NCBI RefSeq assembly: GCF_006345805.1
Contig: NC_043002.1
Span: 17,112,001-17,176,000, forward strand
Origin: Octopus sinensis
Taxonomy: Eukaryota
Direction of reading: 5' to 3'
Length of the DNA: 64,000 nucleotides
Numbering within the stretch: the first letter of the stretch is position 1; each line of letters opens with the position of its first letter. The position numbers were made by a program, and so were the translations under genes. Below the pieces are notes generated by a model. That model had not been told where the DNA came from. It was given only the letters and a program-made list of their open reading frames with translations, and ran no database searches. Positions 1-11,761 of the stretch are shown here, piece by piece.

Positions 1-263
1 AAACTGCAGACATCAGAATATTTCCTCAAAAATATCTCAGCTCATCGTGAAAAATGTACAGCTATTATTTCAAGACTGAAAATGGCCTGGAAAATAGGGA
101 TTACATTTCTGAGGATCGGGGAAAATTATTAATTAGTTATTGAACTATGGCCACTGAAACTTAAATCAAAACTATATATTATGAATATTTACATAAGGTA
201 GAACACCGAGGTACAAAAAATGCTATTGTTATTGCTGTGCTTAAGAAATGAGATCATAAAGTA

Positions 264-401
264 TTAACATTCCTCTCCATCGCATAAATCAATATATTTT
301 AAGGTTTTCTCAGCCACCTCCAGAAATTTTAGTCTCTCCGCATCATAATACTGTTTTTGTATGCTCTGTGGTACGATCGATGTGATTTTCTCTACTGGAA
401 T
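264..401 (-). CDS. candidate terminal exon of an unidentified gene (IPVEKITSIVPQSIQKQYYDAERLKFLEVAEKTLKYIDLCDGEEC*)
   Basis: Minus-strand acceptor ctcttctctttactttttgcag followed by a 45-codon open frame to TAA; the other two frames close early. No homology recognised. Confidence 0.2.
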   Translation of the reverse strand: MPVEKITSIVPQSIQKQYYDAERLKFLEVAEKTLKYIDLCDGEEC

Positions 402-1044
402 CTGCAAAAAGTAAAGAGAAGAGAATAGGAACCATTCATTTCTCTACGACAACGTGGAAAAAAGTCTTATCTCAATGTGCCTTAGATACGCCATGACGAC
501 TCGCATCAAGACAACCTTGCTTCACATATTCAAGCTTCTCATGAGGGTACAATACGTTCTCTAATTCATTGGAACAAATTTCCGAACAGTTCCCGATCAT
601 ATGTGAGTGACACATGACTGCGTTCTCGGTAGCGTGCTGTTCTCATACATTTTCTGGGACAATATTTGTGCTGCTTCCGAAATCCATATGTGACCGTAAA
701 GAACTGTTCTAATATTGAATCATATTATATGCGCAGATTTTCATCTCCATACCTACTAACACCCAAACTTTGCAGCTTTAATATCCGATATTTTGACACG
801 CAAATCAGGAATTACTTAATAATCCCTTAATAATTTCACACGTAAATATGAAAATTTCGGAATTAAGAAGGCCAAAGACCAACTTCAACGGAATATTTAG
901 CAGCACTAATAATATATTCCTCAAAATTCGATGTCGACCTTAAAAATCTTCCCCTTTGGAAAGAATATGGTTTCAAAATTCTATCAATCAATACAGCAAG
1001 TGAAAAACTGGCAGAGGTGGTTCATTAAGAAGAGGGTCTATTAA

Positions 1045-1450
1045 GGCGGTGAACTGGCAGAACATTAGCACGCCGGGCGAAATACTTAGCGGTATATCCT
1101 CTGCCGTTATGTTGTGAGTTCAAATTCCGCCGAGGCCGACTTTGCCTTTCCTCCTTTCGGGGTCGATAAATAAAGTACCAGTTACGCACTGGGATCGATG
1201 TAATCGACGTAATACCTATGTCTGTCCTTGTTTGTCCTCTCTGTGTTTAGCCCCTTGTAGGTAATAAAGAAGTAGGTATTTCGTCTGCCGCTACGTTCAA
1301 ATTCCTCCGAGTTCAAATTCAGACTTTGCCTTTCATCCTTTCGGGGTCGTACCAGTTGCGCACTGGGATCTATGTAATCTACTTAATCCCTGTGTCTGTC
1401 CTTGTTTGCCCCCTCTATGTTTAGCCCCTTGTGGGCAATGAAGAAATAAA
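1045..1450 (+). mobile_element. tRNA-derived SINE type 1 (octopus OK-like), head-to-tail dimer: full unit 1045-1273 plus 5'-truncated unit 1274-1450
   Basis: A-box-like tggcagaacatt, B-box gttcaaattcc, shared body gactttgcctttc..cctttcggggtcg and tail ccccttgtrggyaatraagaa repeated twice; same sequence recurs at 18.8, 22.9, 36.7, 48.0, 49.4 and 59.6 kb. Confidence 0.85.
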
Positions 1451-4279
1451 AATAATAATAAGAGATTGTCTCACAATGTTGTGATTTCAAAACTCTTTTC
1501 CTATTGAGCAACATGCGTATTTTGTCGTTGAAGCATCCAAATGCGAAAACATTTCCACCAACAACAGCCCTGACACTTTCTAAGCATAAAATATGACGTC
1601 TAAACAATGGTCCCCTAGAAACACCCAACAATCGAAGCAGATAATCAGTCACGACGAAACGCAACGAAAGAGATGTTTACCTGTGCTTAGAATGAAGAGA
1701 GACATCTCCCCGTGAAATCCACTTCAGTAAATTCACCAACTGGAAAATAGCGCTGCCGATATAAGGAAACGAAATCTCAAAATGGACGTAACTGAGCGAA
1801 AAATCTGATAATCTTAAGCATAGACCAGCTCAAACTCGTATCAATCTATCATCGGTGGAGAAACTGATGCGAGAAAAGAAAAGAATATGGGTAACCTAAA
1901 TGACCAACAAAATACACCTTTTCCAAATTCCTTCTTATTATCTCTTATCCGGCATGTTTCTCCAGACGATTTTGCTTATTAATTAACTCCTTTAACGTAA
2001 AAGAAACTTTCAATCATGAGAAAATTGTAATTCTCGGAGAGGAGGACCTGCCGATGTCACGCTTTTCTCGTATGCTTTATCTGCACACGGTCACCTGCGC
2101 TAGCATCGGATTTACATGTGGCGTCGGCACCGTATTGGAGAGTCAATGCAAAGAAGCAAGTCTTTGTATACATTATAGACATTATTTACTGATCATATTC
2201 TGGTTGTTTATTGAATTCAGGTACCTTAGGAAGGAGTTGTGGTTGCATCCGATATAAATTTGAGTGTGCAGTTACAAAGCGATTTCGAAATAAAACGAAA
2301 TTCCGAATCGAATTCCCAACTCAAACTTTCCTAAAGTTCATTCAACATTGCCAAGCACGCTACAAAATATGAAAATCGCACCATAACCTTTGTGCATCTC
2401 ACTGTAACTAGATCTGAAAAATTGTAATATGCTTCTAAATATAGTGAAGTTACAGAGTCTGAAGCGTTGATGAAGGCGATATCTTGCACTAATTAAATGT
2501 ACGAATAGGCATAAAAGGATTCGCATATGTGAATAATACTTTAGCTCACCGTCAGAGATTATAATGTTTATGGGAATGGATCCCATATGCTGGTACGTAT
2601 TAAATATATTTAGTTAGCAATGTAAGCGAGATATCTAATATCTAATATTATGTCATATACTAGAACTTCTAACATGTTATCCAATAACTAATAATGTAAT
2701 GATATCCCCAGATACTTTCACATTAACAAATATGCGATGATCTCTATAAACATTAGAATATATCAGTTCATACTAATAAACACAGCTTCTCGTCTATGAC
2801 TTGGTAAAAATGGAATAACTGTAGGGATTCTCTAGTATAGCCTTTTGTTTAGGAACAATGCGGACTGAAATGTACCAAGATATTCCTGAAAAGTCCCTAG
2901 AAACCGTCAACTAAAAAACTGCTAACCGAGATTGTCTTAATTTCTTCAATAATGGCTACCACGAAGATTAACTACAGTATAGAAAAAAATTATTGTTCAC
3001 ATAAAATATAACTTCCAGCAAGTCAATCACAGAACTGCTCTTAAATCAAAAAATATTTATAGCTTATAGGCAGAATTTTTTCAATCAAAGCCAATATTTA
3101 TGAATCTGTGGTAAGGTGCCAAATTTTGGAACATCAAGAAAACTAACATAACCAGTGTATATATAAGAAAAAAATTATTTATTGATGCGAATGCAATTCT
3201 GATAAGTGCTTTTCATTCCTTAAACGTGCAACGCCCTACGTAAGAAGTTATATAGAAATGCAAGAGAAAATTCGAAGTGGTAGGCAATGACGAACCTCAC
3301 AATAAATGTTATACATAAAAGTAATGAACAGAAATATGATCAAAATTTTATGTCGAGAATATATTGCATTTGAGGATCAATAATTGTGAAACAAGAGCCG
3401 ACTAATTTATCTATCATAAACCATCAGCATCTTCTCTGTAGTATCACTGGAATGTTGAAATTTACTCGTGATTCTGAAATGGCATGCCACATAAGGTCCA
3501 TTGACATATTTATCTAAAGTCCCTCGGTGGCACATCATTTAATTACTGGATAATGTGTTTGGCCCTTTTGATCCTTGCTTAAATAATTGGAAACAATTTC
3601 ATAATGATTATATATAGTTAGTCCAATAAATTCTTGCCGCCATAGGATAAGGAGAAACAGAATTTACAAATGACTCTTAAAGAGGCCTTTTATTAAATGT
3701 CATAGTGATTGCGATTGAAATTTAATACGATCTCTACCGAGGAAAACAATACGCGACTCCGGAGAATATTCTACGACAATGTTTGTCAAAAGATAGAGAT
3801 ACATTATATATGGTACGTTGAAGGAATGCCCATTCAAAATAGCAAATGTCAAATTCCGCAAATTATAATCATTGAGAATTACCTTCAAATGTCGAGTTAT
3901 ATTGAATTTATAGGCTTTCAGCTTTCAGTAATCAAATATTTGTATTTAAACAAATGTTACAACCACAAAACATGCAAACAATATAGCCTCTTAATAGAGG
4001 AATGAAAGCTTTTAAATATTCTAATCATAAAATTCAATGTAATACAGTATGTTTAGGCCTACTAATAAACATTACCCTTTAAGAAATTTATATATTGTTA
4101 TGTAACATGCATTTGCACAATGAACGCAAATACTCAAGCACTGGGCGCAACCACACTTGCAAATTCGCAAATAAGTTAAATTACAGATAAACATAAAAAC
4201 ACACACAAACTTTACATTTGTGTGTTTTGTGTTGAACTGGAATTTTAGGAATCATTAAACGTACCGCTATAGTTCAAAA

Positions 4280-4291
4280 TATATATGTGTG

Positions 4292-4322
<31 letters not shown>

Positions 4323-4352
4323 TGTGTGTGTTTATGTATGTATGCATGTATA

Positions 4353-4404
<52 letters not shown>

Positions 4405-4594
4405 CATATAAATATGCATGTATATGTGCGTGTATTTTTATGTTTGCGTACAAAATAACTCTGTATACGTATATGTATAAGTTTGTATATAAAGTATTTC
4501 TCTAAATATATGTATGCATATATATACACACATATTTTGTATACCTATATATTTATATGTATATGCACATGGATACATATATACACACACATAT

Positions 4595-4628
<34 letters not shown>

Positions 4629-4650
4629 CATATATCCAAATATGTGTATG

Positions 4651-4684
<34 letters not shown>

Positions 4685-4790
4685 ATATACACATACATAC
4701 GTGTGCATACATACTTACATATATTATTTTGTGCATGCATTTCATATATTTCTGAAAATATCTGAGTGTGTATGCGTGTGATTCAATGTG
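4280..4790. repeat. compound (TA)n/(TG)n/(TATG)n microsatellite
   Basis: Directly visible; source of several poly-IY ORFs. Confidence 0.95.
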
Positions 4791-5719
4791 CGTGTACGGT
4801 AAAATGCTTTTGCATTAGAATGCCTGTCAAATCTTAATAGGATTTCATGCGAGAAATCCTTGAATTTAAAAGCAGTAGTTTGAGATTAATACCAGCAGAA
4901 GGAAAAACAAACGAATTTTTAAACGTCTTTTCGTGTCTTCTTTCTTGATGTTCTGTTTATTAAAGTTATTTTTAAAAAATTTAATATGCACCACTGGATT
5001 AAGCTTCCACCTCAGTTGCAGCGAATATCGGTGCACTGCAAATTTTTACATGATAAGAAGCAACATTTTGTTAATTCAAGTCAGATTTCATTTAAGGTTA
5101 ATATCACATTCTCTAAACGATGTGATATTAACCTTAACAATAGCATTCTATTACGAAAAAACTAATCACATGATTTCTATTCGTACCTCTGTCAATGTTG
5201 TTTCTCTTTTTCTCATTGAATGAAATCAGCATTTACAAAACAATTTTATTCGCTGCTTCACGTTTTTTTTCTCTAGCAAATACATTTTCCAAACTTCCAT
5301 TTCCCATTGATTATTAGCAACGCACTACTACGTGTGGATATCAAGGTACATCTATAAACTTACGATTCGTGTAACCACGTTCGCATTTCAATAAATCTAA
5401 AACAGAATTGTTCCAATAATTGCCACCTGCTACTCAGAATTATTTTGCATAATTCAGTTTCGTGTATATTTTGAATATAACACGGCCGTACATATATTTT
5501 GATGGTTCTGGTGGAGAGTCATTCTGTATTAATAACCTATTAATTAACACACACACTGATTCGATTTTCACTCATTTACTTTAAAATTATTTTGTAAAGT
5601 TTTCGTTGCTTCTTGCAACCTTTTCAGTATTCGTTGACCTGTGCCTTATTGGTGCTGCGTTGAATTTGTTTGTTCTCTTGTGTGTGCATCATCATGCATG
5701 CGTATATACAGATGCATGT

Positions 5720-5732
5720 ATGTGGGTGTGCA

Positions 5733-5777
<45 letters not shown>

Positions 5778-5873
5778 TTGTTTGTGTGTGCTTCTCTGCC
5801 CGTGTAATCCATGTACGTATCTACGTACCCATCAGTTTACCTACATATCCATTTACGTAGACATATATATACA

Positions 5874-5911
<38 letters not shown>

Positions 5912-5912
5912 C

Positions 5913-5995
<83 letters not shown>

Positions 5996-6003
5996 TATAT
6001 ATT
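5720..6003. repeat. (TA)n-rich microsatellite region
   Basis: Directly visible. Confidence 0.9.
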
Positions 6004-7000
6004 TATAATAGTGTATATTTAAACACAAGAGAAATCTGCCGTCAACAAGCAGTTTTGACACGCTAGAAGAAGTAGTCAAAACGATCAAAACTACATTTAA
6101 GTGTAATCTTCAAAAGGAATGAAAAATAAAACTTTTGCCTTGTTATTTTAATCTGGTCGGACCTAGATTTCAATTTTTTTTTAAACAAATACAATAATTT
6201 TCTAGACGAAATTCTCATCAGTTACCCCACTATAGTACTAACATATAATTAAGAGACGAATAAAACGTGTCTCAACATTGTACATTATAATTTTTCAAAC
6301 TTACTGCGCAAGCGCAATTTCAGTCGGCAGTGAATGAATGTTTTTCATTCCTTTTGAAGATTGCTCTTAAATGTGTTTTGAGTACTTCTAGCGTGAAAAA
6401 ACTGACTGTTGCAGGCAGTTTTCTCTTGTGTTTAAATGTACACTATTTTATATTGAGAATATGTTGTCTATTGACTTTTTATACATACTAGGCCACTGGT
6501 AGATAAATGTCTAAAAAAATAAACTCACTACCCTATATTTTATGTATATTTAGTAATCTTTTAATTTATTCCCTCACATCCCACTGAAACTGCGCTTGCG
6601 CGGTGAATTTGAAAAAAATATAGTGTATAACGATGAGATACGTGTTATTCGTCTCTTAATTATATGTTAGTGTTATAGCGCGGTCACTGATGAGACATTA
6701 GTCTAGCAAATTATTTTATTTGCTAAAAAAATTTTGAAACCTAGGTCTGACCGGATTAAAGTAACAATTTAAAAGTTTTTTTTTATTTTTCATTCCTTTT
6801 GAAGATTGCACTTAAATGTTGTTTTCATCGATTTGACTACTTCATCTAACCTGTAAAATCTGCTTTTTGAAAGCACTTTTCTCTTGTGTTTAAATGTACA
6901 CCATTTTATATTGGAAATATGTTGTCTATCAATGTTTTATACATGCGGAGCCACTGGTACTATATTTTCTAAAAAATCTCACTACCCTATATTTTACGTG
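6004..7000. mobile_element. non-coding three-part element (inverted arms 6004-6324/6583-6910 plus direct repeat 6341-6545/6786-6999), PLE pseudo-LTR-like
   Basis: Arms align by eye (e.g. aaacacaagagaaa vs ttttctcttgtgttt; ctgcgcaagcgca vs tgcgcttgcgcgg); flanked by (TA)n on both sides; degenerate CTGATGAG core in each inverted arm. Confidence 0.6.
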
Positions 7001-7197
7001 TTTATATATATATATATATATATGATGTAAGTGATGTGATATATATGTAAAAAATGTAATATATAAATAAATATCTGTAAATATAAACCATCCGATCTTC
7101 TGATTACTTCATTTCTTCTAATATATATATATATATATAAACGCAATAATAAAACTCTGAACGAGATAATGACAGTAACTGCACGACAATGTGAAGT

Positions 7198-7486
7198 ATA
7201 TATGCCATCTCAATATGGCTAACCACTAAGGGTGGATTTGCTGTAGCTTGTAGCCCCAAGATGGGACCCTTCCATCGAAAACCGGTGATTGTCAGGCGCT
7301 GATGACGGGTCAATACCCAGAAACTGCAGTCCGTGCGTATCACTTAGGTTCACGAGGGAAGGATGACCTCCCTTTGATACCGATAGGGCACAGAAAGTGT
7401 GTCAATAGCCAGCTGGAGAAGATGTTCTCTTGGGGCTACAAGCTACAGTAACATCCACCCTTAGTGGTTAGTCATATTGAGATGAC

Positions 7487-7492
<6 letters not shown>
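7198..7492 (+). mobile_element. 295-bp element with ~64-bp terminal inverted repeats (7198-7261/7428-7492) enclosing a hammerhead motif
   Basis: gccatctcaatatggctaaccactaagggtggat..tagccccaaga vs tcttggggcta..atccacccttagtggttagtcatattgagatgac; TA-rich flanks. Confidence 0.8.
7296..7334 (+). ncRNA. minimal type I hammerhead ribozyme, canonical core
   Basis: GCG-CUGAUGA-C-GGGU(CAAU)ACCC-A-GAAA-CUGCAG-UC^CGU; palindromic stem III ACUGCAGU; C.A mismatch at the base of stem II; stem I only 3 bp. Confidence 0.7.
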
Positions 7493-7517
<25 letters not shown>

Positions 7518-7599
7518 ATATATATATATATATTATATATATTATATATATAATAAATATATGTATGTATATATATATTATAATTATGTATTTATATGA

Positions 7600-7630
<31 letters not shown>

Positions 7631-7791
7631 CATCTATCCATCCATCCATCGATATATACATGCCCACAAACATCTGTGTGTGGCTGTGTACATGTATATA
7701 TGTTGTGGAAAGTAGTTATATAGGCAAACATAAAGTCACTGTACATACGTAGACACCAACATATAGGCTTATGCAGGATATATGTTTATTG

Positions 7792-7792
7792 C

Positions 7793-7831
<39 letters not shown>

Positions 7832-7842
7832 GATTATGATTA

Positions 7843-7915
<73 letters not shown>
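7792..7915. repeat. (ATT)n microsatellite
   Basis: Directly visible. Confidence 0.95.
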
Positions 7916-9657
7916 GCGCCATCTAAAGACGCAGACAGAGAGAGGACACACTACATTCACATATCGCTATATATATCAAAAGATGAATTACTTCTGCCCA
8001 ATTTTACAGTTCCTATCGGAAGTCTATATTCAGAAAGAATATGACATCAGTACTGAAAGTTATATATTGCATATAAGTAATATGATGACATTAATAATAT
8101 ATCGTTGTATGACATTAATATTTCAAGCGTCAGTTATTATGAAACTGATTATTAATCACTTCTAAGCATTTTGTTGAGAGCCGAGAGCAATCAACAATAA
8201 ATATTTCTTACTCTTTAAACATGAGAGAGTAGAATACAGACACAATCCTTTATAGACATACGCCTAAACATACACACCGATACACATGCACACGAACTAG
8301 TGTATGCAGACGCTCGCACACATATTTATGTATACATGTGTCCACACACTCACACAGACACATGCACACATACACACACACACATAAGTATATATTGGAA
8401 GCTTGGATGTTGACATCACTTTTGAAGAATATCTGTATATTTGTTATAGCCAATATATATATATGTGTGTGTGTGTGCATGTATATATATATATATATAT
8501 ATATATATCACAGAGTCTGTTATATGAATATGTGTGTGAGTATGTATTTGTGTGAGCGTAGGTGCGGATTCGAAGATTGAGCTGCGGAATTTAATGTATG
8601 ATATCCAGTAATCTTTCGGCTACCAAATAAAGTATGTCTTTGCACAGCTCCTTTTTACTACAAAAAGAAAACATCCACCATGAGGTCGAAACACACAATT
8701 TTGTGGTCATCTACGTTGCCAAGTTTATTAGCTATTTTGGTGTCAAAAAATGTAGCGATGTACAATGTGTATTATGTACGAATTTATGGGGCATAAAACC
8801 CTAGTAATCAACGGAAAATGACTACGATCTAAGCATTTTTGAGAGCACTTTTGGAATAATCATTGGCACATTTTCCGACAATAATCATACTTGAGGCACA
8901 GCAGAACTGCCAGTCTGAACGTCTTTAGTATACCGTGATTAAACAATGCCTCTGGGGTATTGTGATACCATTTCTTTGCACATAATTTTCAACGGAAAAT
9001 TGACTAATGAACCGCCTTCGATCACAATCGCGATCGCTTCTGGCATTACCACCAAAAACAATTTCTCCATGTAGATTATTTTCGTAGGAAATACCTCAGG
9101 GATGCCAAAGGAGCGTTCTCAGTTTTAAATTCAGTAAAGATCCTCTATTCGTTAAAGTATTCGTGAAGATGAGAAGCAATGTCTAAAACCTTTCGTGCAT
9201 TTTTTCCTTTAACATTTTCCTCTTTATTGAATCCAATTTATGGAAAGTTCCTTATCTTTATTAGTATACATTCAGACCAATTATTCATTCCGTAAGCCGC
9301 AAAGTTCGTAAGGATTTTGGTACAATCTCCCTATTTTTCACAGTGGTTGAGCGTATACTATAACGCGGGGTATGCGATATAAAACAGTTGTCTGACCTGA
9401 AAACCTCAGTGAAGTCAACAACACCGCGCATTTATGAGAGAGCAATTAATGTAACATAAACATATGAGCCCGCCTACGTTGTATGCCAATTCATTGGTCG
9501 CGATGCACACTATGATTGGTATAGTTTCAATCAATTTCTCTTTATCAAAGACGCGTACGGCAATACCCATTGGTCGTGGTGTTATGGTTATCAATGACCC
9601 ATAAAACTGTCGAAGTACATTGTATGTGGTGAGTGCGTTCTGCTTGAGCTCGAAACC

Positions 9658-9716
<59 letters not shown>

Positions 9717-9775
9717 CGAATGTTGAGTATATCTATTATATAAAATCCGTTCTCTGTCTATGTGTGTGTCTTCTT

Positions 9776-10615
9776 GATCTTTGTGTTGATGATCCGATAG
9801 CACATTGGTAAAATGGAAAGATTAAAAATTGTGGTAGTAGTTGCTTTGCGCATTTCTCAATGTGCTGACTAAAAGGTATCATTCTGTATTCTGGGAATGC
9901 AATCTGTTGTCGATGCAGTGTGCATCTACGTCTGAGTGAGTCCCGTGGATCCCACGTAGTCTTGGTGGCACCCCGAGCATTTTATGACATAAATTATGTT
10001 TTCAGAGGCACAAGTAAAGTTAGATTTGATCTTGAGTTACTGTCACTCTTTAAAGAGGAATTCTGATCCTTCTAGCAGGTTTGGACATGTTGCACAGTTC
10101 GATCTACCACTGCATCGACAACAGATTGCATTCCCAGAATACAGAATGATACCTTTTAGTGAGCACATTGAGAAATGCGCAAAGCAACTTCTACCACAAT
10201 TTTTAATATTTCCATTTTACCAATGTGCTATCGGATCATCAACACAAATTAGACTAAACAACGAAACATTCTCCATTGAAAAGTACAAGCCCAGACTTAA
10301 CCATGCCAACATACTGATACAGAGAAATTCACACCAAGGGAAAGGAAAAAAAAATTAAGCGATTATCTCCCTTACACCGGAAGAAATCACTCATTACCTC
10401 CCCTTATTTAGAACTCTTTTAAACATAAACATAACGATAACTCTATTCAAGATAAACATAACGTCGTAAGAAATTTGAAAAGCTAAACGCGAAACAGGTC
10501 TTTCTTCTAAACTATGTCATTATAAGAAAATAATTTTTAATATTCTTCAGACATATTGACGCAAATATATATACTTTTTAACCTTTAAGCCTTCTGTAGT
10601 TTTTTCACTTTACTA

Positions 10616-10620
<5 letters not shown>
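9776..10620. mobile_element. short Penelope-like insertion with 5' inversion: minus-strand GIY-YIG piece 9776-10108 joined to plus-strand 3' end 10109-10620
   Basis: Both parts match the element at 13534-17126 (e.g. LHRQQIAFPEYRMIPFSEHIEKCA); 3' end runs into (CT)n(AT)n. Confidence 0.9.
10468..10506 (+). ncRNA. hammerhead motif, U3:A8 variant core (diverged copy)
   Basis: AAGAAAU-UUGAAAA-GC(UAAAC)GC-GAAA-CAGG-UC^UUUCUU; U.U mismatch at the first stem I pair. Confidence 0.55.
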
Positions 10621-10691
<71 letters not shown>

Positions 10692-10863
10692 GTTAATCCA
10701 AGCATGAAAACACAGGACGTGGAACATATATAGTGTTATTGGACGCTCAGGAAAGGAAAGAAAGAAGGAAAGGAAGACGGAATAAAATGTCGGCAACAGT
10801 ACACATGCGGTCACATATGTATGTATGTATGTATGCATGTATGTATATGTATATGTATATATA

Positions 10864-11640
10864 CTAGGTCTGACAATAAATATCCGGAATTTTGTCATAG
10901 TAATGAAGCTGAAAAACACAGAGTAAAGTCGCTTGGCAAAGATTTTCTTTGAACTTCGCTATGCATGTGCACCAAGTTTTCACATTCAGAGGCCTACACA
11001 AATCTGCAAAAATATATGGAGGACAGTGTATTAGCATCACACCACAAGTTTATGAGCGGTTTAGACGTTTCCAAAATGGCCGAAAATTTTTGATATTGAA
11101 GAAAGATCTGGGAAACCCACAACCAGTAGAACTGAGAAACAGAATTTACACGAGCATGCAGCAGTAAGAGGAAATCGTCAAATCACCATGCGTGACTTAT
11201 CAGAGGATGTACAGTTCAGTTACGCTTCAGGTCAGTCCATTATCACTGAAGATTTGGGTATCAGACGCATGTCAGCGAGGTTCGTGCCAAAATTGCTATA
11301 GGCTGACCAAAAAGACACACGGTTTTCAGTTGCGTAAAATCTCCTTCAGTGTGTCGAGAAGCATGAAAACATTATGAGAACTTTGATCAAGCCTCTGAGC
11401 ACGTATAGCCAATCAAAATTTGATGCAGATTCTTTGCTCCCATTTCTCTGTCGTATTCAATACCTCGATCACACGCTACACACGTTTATTCCAAGCACTG
11501 CTGTAAAGAGCCAAAGTGAGCCAAAAGGTTAAATCTTAGTGTGCAGGCACAGCAGATTTCAAAGTCAATCTGTACGAAGTGTTGTTACTCTGCATGCGTT
11601 ACCAATGGCAACAGTCCGGGTTCTTATTGATCAGACCACA
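10864..11640 (+). mobile_element. internally deleted, decayed Tc1/mariner DNA transposon
   Basis: TIRs ggtctgacaataaatatccgga (10867) and tccgggttcttattgatcagacc (ending 11637); frameshifted N-terminal transposase KIYGG..QVYERFRRFQNGR..RGNRQITMRDLSED..LGIRRMSARFVPKLL; no DDD region seen. Confidence 0.85.
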
Positions 11641-11686
11641 CACAGACACACCTACAGCATATATATATATATATTATATTTGTATA

Positions 11687-11747
<61 letters not shown>

Positions 11748-11761
11748 ATATATACATATAT

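Noticed and set aside
8880-9120. Protein-like frames on both strands (e.g. GISYENNLHGEIVFGG..)
   Set aside because: Short, interrupted by stops, no recognised homology, ambiguous strand.
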